Below, piece by piece: positions 1 through 21,544 of a stretch of 64,000 bases of DNA. Below the pieces are notes generated by a model. It ran no database searches. It worked only from the letters and a program-made list of their open reading frames with translations, and had not been told where the DNA came from. The translations under genes were made by a program, and so were the position numbers. The DNA is from the human T2T-CHM13v2.0 reference genome, Homo sapiens. The stretch lies in the NCBI RefSeq assembly GCF_009914755.1, contig NC_060932.1; one strand, 5' to 3'. Numbering within the stretch: the stretch's first letter is position 1; each line of letters opens with the position of its first letter.

Positions 1-1304
1 ATATATTTGAATACATTCTTTTGCCATTCACCTTTTAAAGAGTAATTATTATCTCTAATTATCCTAACTTACTCTTCTAAATAAAATAGTAAAATCGAGC
101 AGATGATTGAGATAGTATAATCAATTTGGGATTTCTCAGAATAAATGTCATTGTTCAATACATAATGGTAGAAAAATGTAGATGGAAAATACATTCCTAG
201 CAAATTCTAAGATTGGCAAATTAAAGATTCTTATCTTAATACAAAATCTACATTAATACTTCTACCAAAGATATTCTTATTTCCCAAATGAACTTGCTGG
301 CAATAGTGAGACAATGACTGGAACAATTTTCCCTAGTATCACACTTTGATTTTTTTTTCAACTCAGCTTCATTACATTTTATCTTCCTAAGTAAAGAGAA
401 TATTATATATAGCTGCTATCAAAATTTAACAAAGACTGCATCTGAGGTTGCATCATGAGTTTCAGGGATTTGGTGACCTTATTAGAGAAAAATGAAGACT
501 TTTTGAGTGCTAGGACTGAAACCTCAGTCTTCTTGTAGAAACTTAGATCAGGACAAATCATGTAGACATGATACAGATAAGGAAAGGCACACTAGAAGAA
601 CAAAACCTAAATCTTTGACTGTTGAAGTTAAAATTCAGAAATGTTTTTTTCGTTTGATGCTATATTTTTGGAGTTCTTTGAGAAGTCACAGAAACCAGTG
701 CTTCTGTGTTCAGTTATAATATTCTGACTTCTTGATTACTTGAAATAAGACATTCCTGTTTAAGTGCACTGTTGCAATAAAATACGCAAAGTCATATAAG
801 CAAGATGTTAAAGTCGTTTTCAACTTATAATACATAGCCTTGGTATTTTTAAATGTTTGTTTGTTTGTTTGTTTTTCTCTCCACATTTCTCCACTTCTAA
901 GTTGAGATGCTCTTTTTCTGAACTTGCATGGCACCTTCTGCCTCAGTTTTTGGAATTTTCACTCATCTCTCTCTTAGGGGAAGGACAGAGGATTGTTTGT
1001 TTGTTTGTTTGTTTTTATTTAGCCGTTAACATGTTCTCTGGAACATATACTGAGTGATGTTTGATGAGTAGATGGTTTTCAGCACTTCTTAAATAAAACA
1101 AAACACTTTGTCAATCCACTCAACTATACACATGGGAAGACTGCACTAAAATCCCATGACAGGTAAGTAATTAAATTATTTTACATCTCTCTTTCTTAAT
1201 TGAGTAATGTCCATAAAAACAATTTTTATGCTTTTCACTACTTGAAAGTGGCATTAATATAAACTACACCTTGTGGATGTAACTACTGAAGCTATGAATT
1301 CAAT

Positions 1305-1520
1305 AATTATTTCAATTCATAAATATTCATTATGAGCCTACCACAGACGAAGCACTATGCTAGGCACAGAAAATTGACATATAATGAATAATTTTATTTG
1401 CCTTTGAGGAGTTATCTATCTAACAGAGGAGATAGACAAAAATATCTCCCTAATGCAATATGATGAGTACAATAATAGAGGTGTGTGCAAAATATAATGG
1501 AAACCCAAATAAGGAAGTCA
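1305..1520 (-). mobile_element. L2 3'-end fragment
   Basis: Degenerate ttcaattcataaatattc...gcactatgctaggcac resembles the reverse-complemented L2 tail. Confidence 0.5.
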
Positions 1521-2060
1521 TTCATTTTTCAGGCACAATAAGATTTTCTACTACTATGAATATTTTCATTACAAAAAGCACAGAGTCAGTGAAAAATTAC
1601 GTTTGTTCATGAAGTTTACAGAAGGCTTATTTCCCTAGGTGTAGTTTCTAACCAGAGAAACCAAATTTGACTGAAATAAATAATGCAGACCATATGAATG
1701 TATTTCCTTCAGTTCTACTTAAGTAAGATTCAACACAATAAAAACTCACGATATTTTTACATTCTCGATATCAGCTATTTTCATGTATGCCATTATTCCT
1801 GTTATTTTGAAGCAATGAAAGACAAAATGAGCAAAAACTGCTATATCTTCTAGTTCTCTGTTAGATAGAATTGGAAATTTAAATTTTATTTCTCCCAAAT
1901 CATCTTCCATATCTAATATGAAAACATAGTAACAACATCATATTTTAATTTTATATTGTTCTTCTTTGAATACTTGGAAAAATAATGTACAGGATATTAA
2001 AAAGTTTAGCTATTACCTTAAATGTACTGTGAAAATGTAAGAAATTACTGCAAATTTTAT

Positions 2061-2330
2061 TAATTAGGCTCCTAAAGATGCCATAACAAAATATCACAAA
2101 TTGGGTGGCTTTAAATAATAGAATTTTATTTTTTCATGTTTCCGGATACCATAATCTCAAAATCAAGGTTTCTACAGATCCATGTTCACTGTGAAGCCTC
2201 TGTAGAATAAACTTTCTTGGCTCTTCCTAGCTTCTGGTGGTAGTTGACAAATTCTCAGTGTTCCTTGGCTTGGAGGTGTGTCATTTCAATCTCTACCAGA
2301 ATCATCAAATGGTTTTCACCCCTGTGTCTT
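2061..2330 (-). mobile_element. MLT1-family (ERVL-MaLR) LTR fragment
   Basis: gccataacaaaatatcacaaattgggtggctttaaataatagaattttatt...caaaatcaagg is the reverse complement of an MLT1 3' end. Confidence 0.75.
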
Positions 2331-2339
2331 TGTTGGGAC

Positions 2340-7174
<4,835 letters not shown>

Positions 7175-8036
7175 AAAAAGAGCCAACCAACCAGTACATC
7201 AAAAATTCCTGATAACGCCCCATCCTGTAATGTTCCATCAATCAATCTATAGAAATAGAGAATAAATTCTAACACTATAAACCATGACGTTTTGTAATTT
7301 ATCATTCCAATAGGTTATAAATTGAACCTGTAGAAGTAGGAAGTCACCAATAAATTTGACTTGTAGAAGTAGAAAGTGTGAAAAATAACAATTCTTCATA
7401 AACAATATGACAGAGGCAAAATAAATTCAAAATATATTCAAAATATATTATTGGGAGCTTTTGACTTGTGTAATTCTAATTTATTTTGTTAAATATTAAG
7501 AAAATATATCATAAATATTTGTAATATATCTTGCATTTCATCAGGCATATCTACTGAGTATAACAGTGCTGAGTTTGGCTTTACGTATGCTAATTAAGAA
7601 TATGAGCATTTGCAAAAGACATTGAAAGAATAGGGGTTTATTTTTAAAGTATGATATTTTATTGGTTTTTCTTGAGTTATATTCTAATCCTCTTTAGCAA
7701 ATTGGTACTATGATCTGTATTTTCCTTGAAAATTGAGTTTTCAGTTTAAATCAGTGTCCTATTGAGGACGTTCATTTTCTCAATCAAAGATCTTTAATAA
7801 CTTAAAAATTTAATATATGTGGCTTTACTTCTTTGTGTGTTTTCCAACAAGGCAAAGTGTAACCTAGGTGTCAGCTAAGTCATCTCTTTTAATATCTGAA
7901 TATGTTTTGTTGGAACCGCATCGCATAGCAAATGAAAGACACCTGATTCTCTCTCTCTCACACTTCTGCAAATTCCTAGGAGTTTATTTTTTTAAGAGTC
8001 ATTTTCCACTCCAAATTTCTCTTTGACTACTCTTGA

Positions 8037-9801
<1,765 letters not shown>

Positions 9802-9954
9802 GATGTATACAAACAATTCCTCCAGCAAACTGGGATTAAGGATTACATTCTACACCAGCAAAGAATACACCTGAATATTGAACATTAAACACATATTTTT
9901 CTTCAAACTTTCTGAGTCATGACTCTGTCAGAGAATTTCTCTTTTTTTCGTGTT

Positions 9955-10045
9955 CTTTCTTTTTTTTCTTTTGGAGATAGGGTCTTGCTATGTAGCCCAG
10001 GCTGGAGTACCATGGCAGTGAACCATGGACTAAAGCAATCTTCAC
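9955..10045 (-). mobile_element. Degenerate Alu fragment
   Basis: Poly-T followed by ggagatagggtcttgctatgtagcccaggctggagt. Confidence 0.7.
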
Positions 10046-12184
10046 TGAAGGAATTCCCTGATGTACTACTTTTCTTTTCAACTTCCTCCACTCTCCTCTT
10101 TCAATACATAATTTTCATTCAACATCACTCTTGGTTTTCCTCTTTTCTTTTGTATTATTTGCAGATAATGTTATTCCTGGAACAATGGAAGAATCTCACT
10201 ACTAGCCAATCTGTTCTATGCCAAAGGGTGTCATTTTTAGCCAATCACTTAACAAAGGCAATTGTTCTTCAAGAGGAATTCTAAGGTAGCTATTTTTTTC
10301 TATTTTCCACAAAATAATTTAAATACAAGTCATAGTACTAATTTAGAACATAAATCATATTATCTAAGACATAGAGTTAACAATACATTGAATAATGACA
10401 CGTCATCTTCTATATAGCAGAATAAATATGTAATTATCTTGTTAAATACATGGAAGAAAAACCCTGAAATTTTTTATTGCAAGAGAGATAATAAAGGGAT
10501 ATTAATTTTTTAAATACCCATTATTTTGAAATATAGAAGATGCTGAATCTCATTAAAATCATCTGGTTTTATGGACTATAGTGCAAATAAGGCAAGTATA
10601 GTGCAAGTCTTCACTTGTCTTCCTTTATCACTTGTGTCACTTGCCTTTCTTTATCATGCCCTTTGTTATTGGACTTTGCAGCTCCTCCCAAGAGTCTGTC
10701 TGCTTTCTCGAGAACTGAAAATTCCATATCATCTTATAAGGTCTGATATCCTACTGTTCTATGCTTAATCTGGAAAACAAACAAAGCGAAAAATAAAATA
10801 AAATAAAAAAGAAAGCACCTGCCTTTTGACTAACCATGATGACTGTTGGTTGACTAACCATTATCCCGTTTTGTAGAATAATATAGGGAGGTATGTTGAA
10901 CAGAAAATGAGTGTTCAGAAAAAAAAAGTTAAAGTCATTGTAGCAGAGAAAGTCATTGTAGAAGGGACCAGTGAGTTTAAAAGGAAGTTTTAATGTTTCG
11001 CTTTTATGCTTTTTTTGTATGAAAATGATCCTATATGAATTGGCTACTTATTTTTAAATCCATGCCATCAAAGGATTTTGGGGCTAAAATATTTGCCTGT
11101 AAGCATTTACTAGATAAGAGAAATTAGTCAAGTTAGGCATAGGCTAGTTTCATGAAAAAGATGCTAATGGAGGGGAGTTGCAGAGGTGACTTTCAAAAGT
11201 AATGCCTAAATCAAGAAATTATATTTTGATGATCTGAATTATTAAAAGTATTCAGAAAATTGTCTTATTAAGATGAAAAAATTTGAAATATTTGTTTATT
11301 TAAAAATGTAAGCTATTTGCATATTAGAAACAAATATACCAGTATAAGATAAGTTCTCAATTATTAAAACCTTACATTCTCTAATATTTTAGAAAATTGT
11401 AGGTTCTCTGTTACAATTTGTTTCTTTCTACACAAACTGACAAGAATAAATTGTTTATACAGACTTATGAATAAAATTTATGGATAAAATTAATGTGCTT
11501 AGAAGAGGCAAACTGCTTTGGAAGCCCCTTTCTTCCCCATCCACACTGTGCTTTGCCAACATCTTCAATCTCCTCCTCCATTGTCCTAATATTCCATGGC
11601 CCAGCAATGCTGTTGCCTGTCTTGTTATGCTTACATATAAGTTAACAAGCCTGCTGTAGAAAAATTATGCAAGCTTATAATTGTTTCTCTTACAAACATA
11701 TGTTGTGAAATCTCAACCCTATTCAAAATACTGCCCAGCAATCCTTTGATTCCCACCCCCTTTTTCTCACATTCTCCAGAGAAAGTATTTCAAATAAATC
11801 TCACTCTGCTAAAATATCCTAACCTACCACCTCTCCTCACTTTCAGGACATGATTTTGCCTCTTTCTTAAGAAAGAAATTAGAAACTATTAGAAAAAAAT
11901 ACATAGAGAGAGTTCAATTTCTGGTCACTGCACTTATAAACTTAAATGAGATATATCTATCTTTTTATACTTTGCTCTTATCAAAATGAAAAAGGTGTTT
12001 CCTCTTGGCTAGGACTAAGTAATAGGTTAATAAATTACAGAAAAAAAAATATGCCAAGCATTAGAAATTATGATTAAATTAAAAATAGGTGAAAGGAGTA
12101 AGCAAGAGGAACTTTGGAGTTTAGTGTCAAAGTTGTAGGGGCTCTGAGCAATGCTCATGAAAGTATTTATTAAAGTAGAGCAAA

Positions 12185-12884
12185 GGTAAGACTGGTCTGA
12201 TAGAATGAATTAGGAGGTATTCCCTCCTCTTCTATTTTTCAGAATAGTTTGAATAGTATTAGCATTAGTTCTCCTTTAAATGTTTGGTAGAATTCTGCAC
12301 TGAAGCCATTGACTCCCAGGCTTTTCTTTACTGGAAAACTTTTTATTATATCTTTGATCTCATTACTTGTTATTGGTCTGTTCGGGCTTTGGATTTCTTT
12401 ATGGCTCAGTCTTGGTAGGTTGTATGTGTCTAGTAATTTAACAGTTTCTTCTAGATTTTCCAATTTATTGGCATATAGTTAATCACAGCAGCCACTGATG
12501 ATTTTTTGAGTTTCTGCCGTATCAATTATAATGTTTTCTTTTTCATCTCTGATTTTACTTATGTGTATCTGCTCTCCATCTCTCTCTCTCTCTTTTACTT
12601 TAGTCTGGTTAAAACTTTGCCAATTTTGTTTAATCTTTTCAAAAAAACAACTTTTTGTTTTACTATCTTTTATATTGTTCTCTTTATTTCTATTTCATTT
12701 ATTTCTGCTCTTATCTTTATTATTGCTTTTCTATTAATTTTGAGTTTGGTTTGCTCTTGCTTTCATAGTTCTTTAAGATGCATCATGGGTGTTTTATTTG
12801 AAGTTTTTCTTTTTTGATGTAGGCACTTGTAGCTATAAACTTTCCTCTTAGTACTGCTTTTTCTGTATCACATAGGTTTTGTAT
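12185..12884 (-). mobile_element. Internal L1 ORF2 fragment, truncated at both ends
   Basis: ORF 12239-12463 (LDTYNLPRL...NRPITSNEI...[11 protein letters not shown]) is L1 ORF2p; no poly-A tail or 3'UTR is visible. Confidence 0.88.
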
Positions 12885-13311
12885 ACCCATATATGTGGTA
12901 TCTATACCTTATTTGTGGTATCTATTTTTGGCAATAAAGATCATACACTCTGTGATATTCAATCACCCATTCCCCTGACTCTAGTCTTTGATAAACAGTC
13001 TTTGTCCTTTTATTCCCATATGTAGAGCTTCGAAATCAATTAAGTTCCTTACAACCTCTGACATAAAGCAGTCTCCTAAATGGCCTATTAATCTTCACTT
13101 TCTTCATCTGTCTCACTTTTTAGTTATTGTATTTTTTTCCTCCTGCCTTTCACAGGCAGATTATCAAAGGAAAGTTTACTTTCTACTACTGTATCTATCT
13201 GTGCCAGTATAGACATAAACATAAACACACACATATTTCTATAATATGTAAAATACTAGTGAGTATTCATTATACACATTTTTCCTACAGGGATTGCATC
13301 AATAAAAACCA

Positions 13312-13868
13312 TGTATCAGAGATTGCTAGTTATCCTCTAACACCTTTTCTCCTTTTCTTTCCTAAAAATGGGATTTTAGCTGGGCAATAACTAGCTAGAA
13401 TAAGGATTGCTTTCCCCTGAGTCCCTAACAGCCAAATAGCCATGTAATTAGATTTTGGCCAATGGGATATAAGCAGAAATAGGAGAAAATGAAATAGAAA
13501 ATGTAGGTCAGCAACTAAAACTTTGTTTAAGAGGTAGCTGATGACTGCCATTTGGGTTTTCCTTTTCCTTGTTCTTCTTCCTACCGTTTGAAGTGTAACT
13601 TAATGGCTCAACTTGAACAAGATATGATCTTGGGAATGAAAGTAACCTACAAGTAGAACAGTCAAATAAATGGATCCTGAGTGTTTGATACTAGGTGGTG
13701 GTGGTGCGGTTCCCATAAATGCCTACCTCCAGAAACCTGCATTAAAAACAAACAAACGAACAAAAACAAAACACAAACAACTTGTGTCTTGTTTTAGCCT
13801 CTTGGTTTTTGTTTGCATTTTGCTTATATTTTCTTTTATTCATAGTTAAACCTAATCCAAACTAATTT
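13312..13868 (+). mobile_element. LTR33-like (ERVL) solo LTR
   Basis: Starts tgtatcagagattgctagtt, contains gattttagctgggc and ggccaatgggatataagcagaa, and ends aaacctaatccaaactaat. Confidence 0.7.
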
Positions 13869-14149
13869 ATGTAACTTCAGTCAAATCAAGTACAACCATT
13901 GGAAAAAACATGTAAAAGCAGATTATCAATGATGTCAAATTATATGTGGAACAAAAATTATTTATACATTTCACAAATGTATGTAAAATAAGTATAGTGT
14001 GAAATGTTCAGGGCTAGGCATTCTGTTTATTTTGAGATCCAAGTTCTCATTAAGATCCTGTTATTTGAGCAAAGATATGTGTACAGATAGAAACAAAGCA
14101 AGAGAGAAAGTAATCTGGAAGGAGAAAAATCACAAAATCTTTAGATTGT

Positions 14150-14600
14150 TGAAGTCACAGGAAATTATGCATTCCAAAGTAGGGTGAACAGAAACAAAAG
14201 ATGAGAAAAAAGCTGGGTAGATGCCATCATATACAGAATGGATGATGGAAGAAAAAAGAAAAGAAAAAGTCTGAAAGGATATAGTCAGTGAGTAATAGAA
14301 AAAGATACAAGAAAGAAAAGACATCCCAGTGAATAAGAATGAAGGATGTTCTGGAAAAGAGGTAATAATCAACAAAGTCAAATGTTGCAGATAAATCAAG
14401 TGAGATAAGTATTAAATTAGGAACTAAGAAGTTATTGCTCATTTTGTAAAAGACAGTTCCAGAGAAATGATGGGTAAGCTAGTTTAATAGTAATCGATTA
14501 GGGAGCAAAAATTGATGGTATAAAAGAGAATTAAGAAAATTGGGGCATGACACTCCTGAGTAGTTGAGAAGGAACAGTGCACAAATGGAGGAACTACCTT
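14150..14600 (-). mobile_element. L2 fragment
   Basis: Purine-rich tract with atcaacaaagtcaaatgttgcagataaatcaagtgagataag, typical of reverse-oriented L2. Confidence 0.5.
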
Positions 14601-15539
14601 TAGATGGGAGTCAGCCTTCACTGGAAACTTGTATTGACTAAATTTGTTAGTTTAAATCTAAATGTTTAGTATTATTTTAACCAACTAATAAAAATAAATA
14701 ATTGTGCAAAACGATTTTAATAAAACAAAATGTATTACATACCTTATTGCATTCTTAATTTGAATAACATTACATAGATTTTCTATGTTATATAACCTGC
14801 ATGCCATGTTTTCACTAATATTCTGATCTTGATAACCATATTGTTCCCTTGACTTCAGCCAGTATTTCATTTTTAATGACTTAAAAATTCTTATTCTTAC
14901 TTCAAACTATATATCATAATTAAGTCAAACATCCAATAGGACATATTCTTTTTGGAATAGTGCTTATCTGCAACCTACATCTTACCAATTGAAATCATTA
15001 TTTATCTTCTGGGCCCAATGTATTAAAATGTCTTTCTGACCTTTCTATTATTATTTACATATTTTCCATAATCTAATCTGAAGAAATTACTATTACTCTC
15101 TTTGATATTCAATCACTCATTCCCTAACTTTAGTCTTTGAAAATCAGCCTTTAACCTTTTATTTCCATATGCAGACCTTCCAAATTAATGAAATTTCATT
15201 CAGCCTCTGGCATAGAGCAGCCCCCTAAATGGTCTTTTAATCTTCACTTTCTTCTTCTGCCTCACCCTTTAGTTACTGTAACTTTTTCCTCCTTCCTTTC
15301 ACAGACAGATTTTCAAAGGGAAGATTTCTTTGACTATCTCTACTCCTTCACTTTGCTTAAATGATTCTCCCCACTCTTTATCATTAATTTTTCAATGTCT
15401 GGTAGGTGATCACCATCACAGTATTAACTCTGCCAATAAACAAGCAAAACCACAAAATAAATAAAAATTCTTCTCACGCTACTAATCTATTTATCACTAG
15501 GTCTTATTTATTCTATCAAATCATGTATTTGTATCAATT

Positions 15540-16038
<499 letters not shown>

Positions 16039-16516
16039 AAAATTCCCTGAACAATTTATTCATAATATCTGTTCTCCAATTCTCCCTTAAAACTATTCCA
16101 ATCACACTGTCACTTGCAAAATTATTTTCATCAAAGTTAACAGTGACTTCCATGTTGCTAAATCCATTTATTAATTTAGGAACGTATTTTATAATAAGCT
16201 CCAAAAAAGGAGAAAAAAACTCTTCCCTTGCTCCTACTTTCTTTTTAACCTATTGTCCCAACACTCTTTCTTGCAAAATTCCCTGAACAACTTATTTATA
16301 GTAATTGCCTATAATATCTCTTCTCCAATTCTTTCTTCAAACCCCTCCAGTCAGCCTATCACCTACAAAATTACTTTCATCGGAGTTACCCAATGACCTC
16401 TATGTTATTACATCCAGTGATCAGTTTTGGAGCTTATTTTATTAGCTTATCATTCACATTTGACAACTGGCCAATTCCATTATAATTTTTTCTTTTGGTT
16501 TCCAGGAAAATTTATA

Positions 16517-16831
16517 AAGTCAATCTTATATGTCTGTGGGATCTGTATTAGCAGATTCAACCAATCACAGATCAAAAATATCTGAAAAAAAAATCCATAC
16601 AACAATAATACAACAAAATGATACATACAGTTTAAAAACTATGTACAAAGCATTTGCATTATATTAGGTATTGTACATAATCTGGAGATTATTTAAAGTA
16701 TATGGAAGCATGTGTGTAGGCTGTATGCAAATATTACTACATTTTATATAAGGAACTTCAGCATCCCAAGATTTTTGTATAATCAGGGGTGGTCCTGGAA
16801 CCAATTTCCTGAAGACCCTAAGGGATAACTG
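16517..16831 (-). mobile_element. MER2 (TcMar-Tigger MITE)
   Basis: gattcaaccaatcacagatcaaaaatat...tatgcaaatattactacattttatataaggaacttcagcatcc...ggtcctggaaccaat...agggataactg followed by TA. Confidence 0.8.
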
Positions 16832-16839
16832 TACTGTAT

Positions 16840-17880
16840 TGTTTTTCCTCCTATCTCATTTACTCTCACTCTCAATCTCCTTTACTGGTTCATCCTAATT
16901 TTGCTGACATTTTAGTGTTGGAGTGTCCCACAACTCAGGTATTAGTTTCTTTTTCCTTTTTTTAAATTTAATAATCACTTCAACTGGTAGAAACAGGAAT
17001 AATTACTTCCACTTTGAGATTTCCAAATTTAGAAGTTCAGCCCACACCTTTGACTTGAAACTAAGATTTGTATATCCAACTGTCCCCTTGAAATCTTCAA
17101 CTACAGATTTATTAGCCATCTCAAACTTCACACATCCAAATTTAAGCTCCACATCATCCCTCCAAAAATGTTTCATCAATAGCCTTCCCAATATTAGTTA
17201 ACTTAAATTGTATTTGCTCAGTTCTTCAGGTCAAATAATCTGGGATCTGTATTAGCAGGTTATTAGAGATATTCTTTAGAGCTATTCTTTTCTTTCTCCA
17301 ACTTCACATTTCAAGAAATTCTATCATTTATCTTGAAAACCCAATAATTTAGCCTCACCTCCACTGCTATTTTCTTATTTCATAATTATAAACTCTCACT
17401 TACATACCACAAATAATGTCTGTTCTTTTAGCTTTCCCTCCTATAGTTTATTCTCCACACGGTAGCCACAGTGACTTTTTTTTTAAGTAATAAGGTCAAT
17501 CATGTCATTACTGTGCTCAAGCCCCTCAAGTGAATTCACATTTCATCTAAAGTAAAAGACAGATGAATCTTGAGCCAGGCTCTATTAATTATCTTTCTTT
17601 CCCTCCTACTGCCTTTACCCATGGTCATTCTTTTCTAGCCACAATGGCTTCTTAGGTGTTTCTACAACACAATAAGGCCCACTCTGCTTTAAGTATTTTG
17701 CTCTAGATGTCATTTTTGCCTGAAGGCTCATCCAGTTGACTAACTTCCTTATATTCATCAGGACTTTGCTCAAATATCAACTTTACAATTAAGTAAGCTA
17801 CACACTCATCAAAACATTCTTGCTCTCTTGACCTCTCTTACTCTTCCACATCTTTTCTTTCTTATCACTCTCTAGACAGA
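16840..17880 (+). mobile_element. L2 remnant
   Basis: Degenerate L2 motifs (catctcaaacttcacacatccaaa; atcatgtcattactgtgctcaag). Confidence 0.55.
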
Positions 17881-18329
17881 GTGTAGGGGTACCTTATTTA
17901 TGTTGATTACTGCTTTTGTTCTAGATTCAGCTTTGGCTCCTTGTTGATGGATGACAATGGGTAAGTCATGTCACCTCCCTAGATCTCAGGTTCTCACCTA
18001 TAACATCCAAGGTTTCTCTTAATTCTGATATTATGGCATTGTCAGCTTAGACGCTATGACAGAAACAAAGAAGTAAAACGTTCACTAAATACAATACTTT
18101 GTAAATAACTATTTACAAAGCCTTGGATGGAGAGTTGGATTAGATGCTCTTTAAAATTATTTCCAAACTTAATTTTGATTTTTACTAGAATTCCATTTGT
18201 TTAATGTTTATTCAACAAATACTTGTTGAGGTGCCTGCTACATAACAGCATTGTTCTAAGTGCTTCTGTGTCTAAAGCACCAAAGAGGCCTGCTCTTTCT
18301 TCCCTTGTCTGCATGAAAGTATTTCACAA

Positions 18330-19130
18330 GACTTCCTTCTCTTACCTTTTCAAATGACTCCTTCGGTTTTCTTTTCTGTATCATCCTTCTAAGTCCAGGA
18401 CTTATATGTTGTTAAGTCTCAGATTCAGTCCCAGTCTTCCTTTGTTTTCTCATTTTATCCTCTTTCTATATATCCAATTATATTGTTGCCTATTGGTTCA
18501 CTTACCATCAATATTAACTAAATACCAGTGTTGTGCTTCTACTCTAAATTATTGAATCATATAAGAAATATAGTTGTCTAGTAGATGGCTTTAATTGCAC
18601 ATCTTGAAGAATATTCCAATTAAATATATTCAAAACAAATCTCAATATTTACAGGGTTCTCATTCCAAACTTAACCTTTCCTCAACAATTTCCAACTCAG
18701 TGAATATTACTACTGCCTTCACCATTTGTTCAGATCAGAAAACTAGGTTTTATTTCAATACTGCCTTCTTTATCACCCCCCAGTCCATTACAAAGTCCTT
18801 TTGATTATACATCATCAGTATCTCTCAACTCAGTCTACTTCCTTACCTCATTAATATGACTCTAATTCCAGCTACCGTGATCTTTTCTTGGAATACTGCA
18901 ATCATCTCTTAAGTGATCTTCCTACAGCGAATCGAGTCCCTCTTCAAATCAATCTCTTCATTTCAGTAAGAATAATCATTTGGATATTCAAACATCTTCA
19001 AGTAATTGTTTTGGATAAATTCCCATGGTTCTTAGCAAATCTTCACATGGCTTAAAAGATCCTCTCTAGTCTAGTGTTTACCTATCTCTTTCCTTTATCA
19101 GTGTCATCTTATTCATTCTTTCACTCAGTT
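18330..19130 (+). mobile_element. L2 remnant
   Basis: Pyrimidine-rich tract with L2-like motifs (cagtccattacaaagtccttttgatt; tactgcaatcatctctta). Confidence 0.5.
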
Positions 19131-19667
19131 ACTGAATCATAATCTACTCAATGATATAATTAGATACAAATTTTTAAAATAGCATAAAGAAGCATTTTAC
19201 TTTAAAAATATTATGTCTTAAAAGCATGTTCTGAATACTTTGCAGGTTTCATTAGACCATACCTTGAGTTTCTAAAGAAACAAACCATATTCCCCCAGAT
19301 GATGGTGTTTAATTTTTGCTTTCAGATAACAAGGTATATAACAAGTCTGCTTAAACAAAGGAAAATTACTTCCAAGACTATTCAATTAATTTGAGAGAAA
19401 CCATCAAGTTTGGACTGGCATGCTAAAAAACACAACTGTAGATTACAATAGGAATAACTTTTATTTGTTTATACAAGTTTTGAATTTCATCTATTTTTTA
19501 TGTAAATAGCTCGATCTTCAAAAATATCCTTCAGCTCTGACAACCTCTTCACATAACTTTCCTGTAAGATCTTTTAAATATCCAAACCTGTAAAAGTCCA
19601 CATTCAGTTGTTCTTTGTTCCTTAGTTTGCTTCAACAACATCAATGCAAGGTTAATAGAAGCTATTT

Positions 19668-20020
<353 letters not shown>

Positions 20021-21544
20021 TTAAATAAAATGAGAATTTTATGAAAAAATGTATCAGCACATATACAAGTATAAAGTATATCTTAACAATTTTATAACAA
20101 TTAGTTGAAATAGCAATAAAAGTAAGCAAAAAATCTACACTCTAAAATTAGACATTAGGAAAATAGAATCAAGATTTTATTTTCATGTTTAAGTGACAAA
20201 GTGAGTTAAACAAAGGAAACATGTATCTTAAAGTCTGTGATGGGAAATCTTTGATCACTTTGTTTATTGACGGAAGAGCTTTTTGGTTTTTCAATGCAAG
20301 TATGTACAACACAAAGACATAATTTAAGAGACAATATAATATAGTTCATGTCAATGGTATGTTTCAGAAGTTATTGAAAAACGTTTGTAGAAATACAACT
20401 CAAATAAAAATATATCACATATCCAGGATATTTTGTTTACAGAGAAATAATAGGGTAACTAATATAACTTTAGAAATATATTCATATGAAATCAAACAAT
20501 GTATCTTTTACTAAATAGTCATATAATGTACATAGATACAACACCATAAATAACTTTTTGACTAACCTTACATTTGGAACTGTGATTCTGAGTTTCCAAA
20601 TTGGGGCCATAGATTCTCCACTAGTCTACTTTTGGCTGATGGTAGGAACTAGCAGCGTGGTTATATGAGTAGCTGTGTTTGGTATGCAAACATAAGAAAA
20701 AGCTCCTGTTTCATAAAGGAATTGAAGCTGGGGCATTTGCCTTACTATAACATTGTTTAGGCCAGTCAAGCTAATAAGTTACAAGTTCACTTGTGAAATA
20801 AATTGTCTTATTACTTATGTTATTGCCTTGGCCAACTCAGGGAATTCCTTCAAGTTTTTGAGGAAAACTCTGGCTCTATAATGACCAATTATTATTTGAT
20901 GTGACCGATAGCTCCAGAACCTAAACAAATGGAGATGGACAATATCTTTGTATTCAATTCCATGATGGGTAGAACATAAAAAAAATTGCTTTGTTATTAG
21001 AGACAACTTTATTACTGTATTATATGCATCAAATAGTATTAGCTTTTTTCTTTCTTGCTCTTTATCCATTTACCTCCATAATCTATAAATCAAAAATGTA
21101 AGTATGTTCGTCTTAAAATATATTTAACTTTTATCACACACTAAATATATTTTTTAAAAATTTTATTGTGTGCTCTTTCTCTCTTAAGTTTGTTAGATAA
21201 CTGAAATGAACTAGTTGTCTTGTCTAGACCATGTGGCATACTACTACAAATATTTTTACCAATGCCTTCAAGACCTAAATCTTCTAGTAATCCTGTCCTG
21301 CCGTCTCTACCCTCAACCATAAATCACTTCTATTCTTTCCCTTCTCAAGTACCAAGACCAACATTGAATACTGCTTTGATAATAAATTATTTCACTAGCA
21401 TATATTCACAGTTTAACTGGCCCACAATCTATTTAAACCAGCTCACTGAGCTATTTATTTTCCTTCCTCTGGATAAAATCTGAAGGAGACACATAACATT
21501 CTGGATCACACTCAGATTAAAGAAAAAAATCCCACAGTTTAGAG

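Noticed and set aside
10826-10862. Short direct repeats (ttgactaaccat twice; similar cases near 40616-40663 and 47442-47494) as a CRISPR-like array
   Set aside because: Each has only two copies, the context is eukaryotic and there are no cas genes; they are ordinary slippage duplications.
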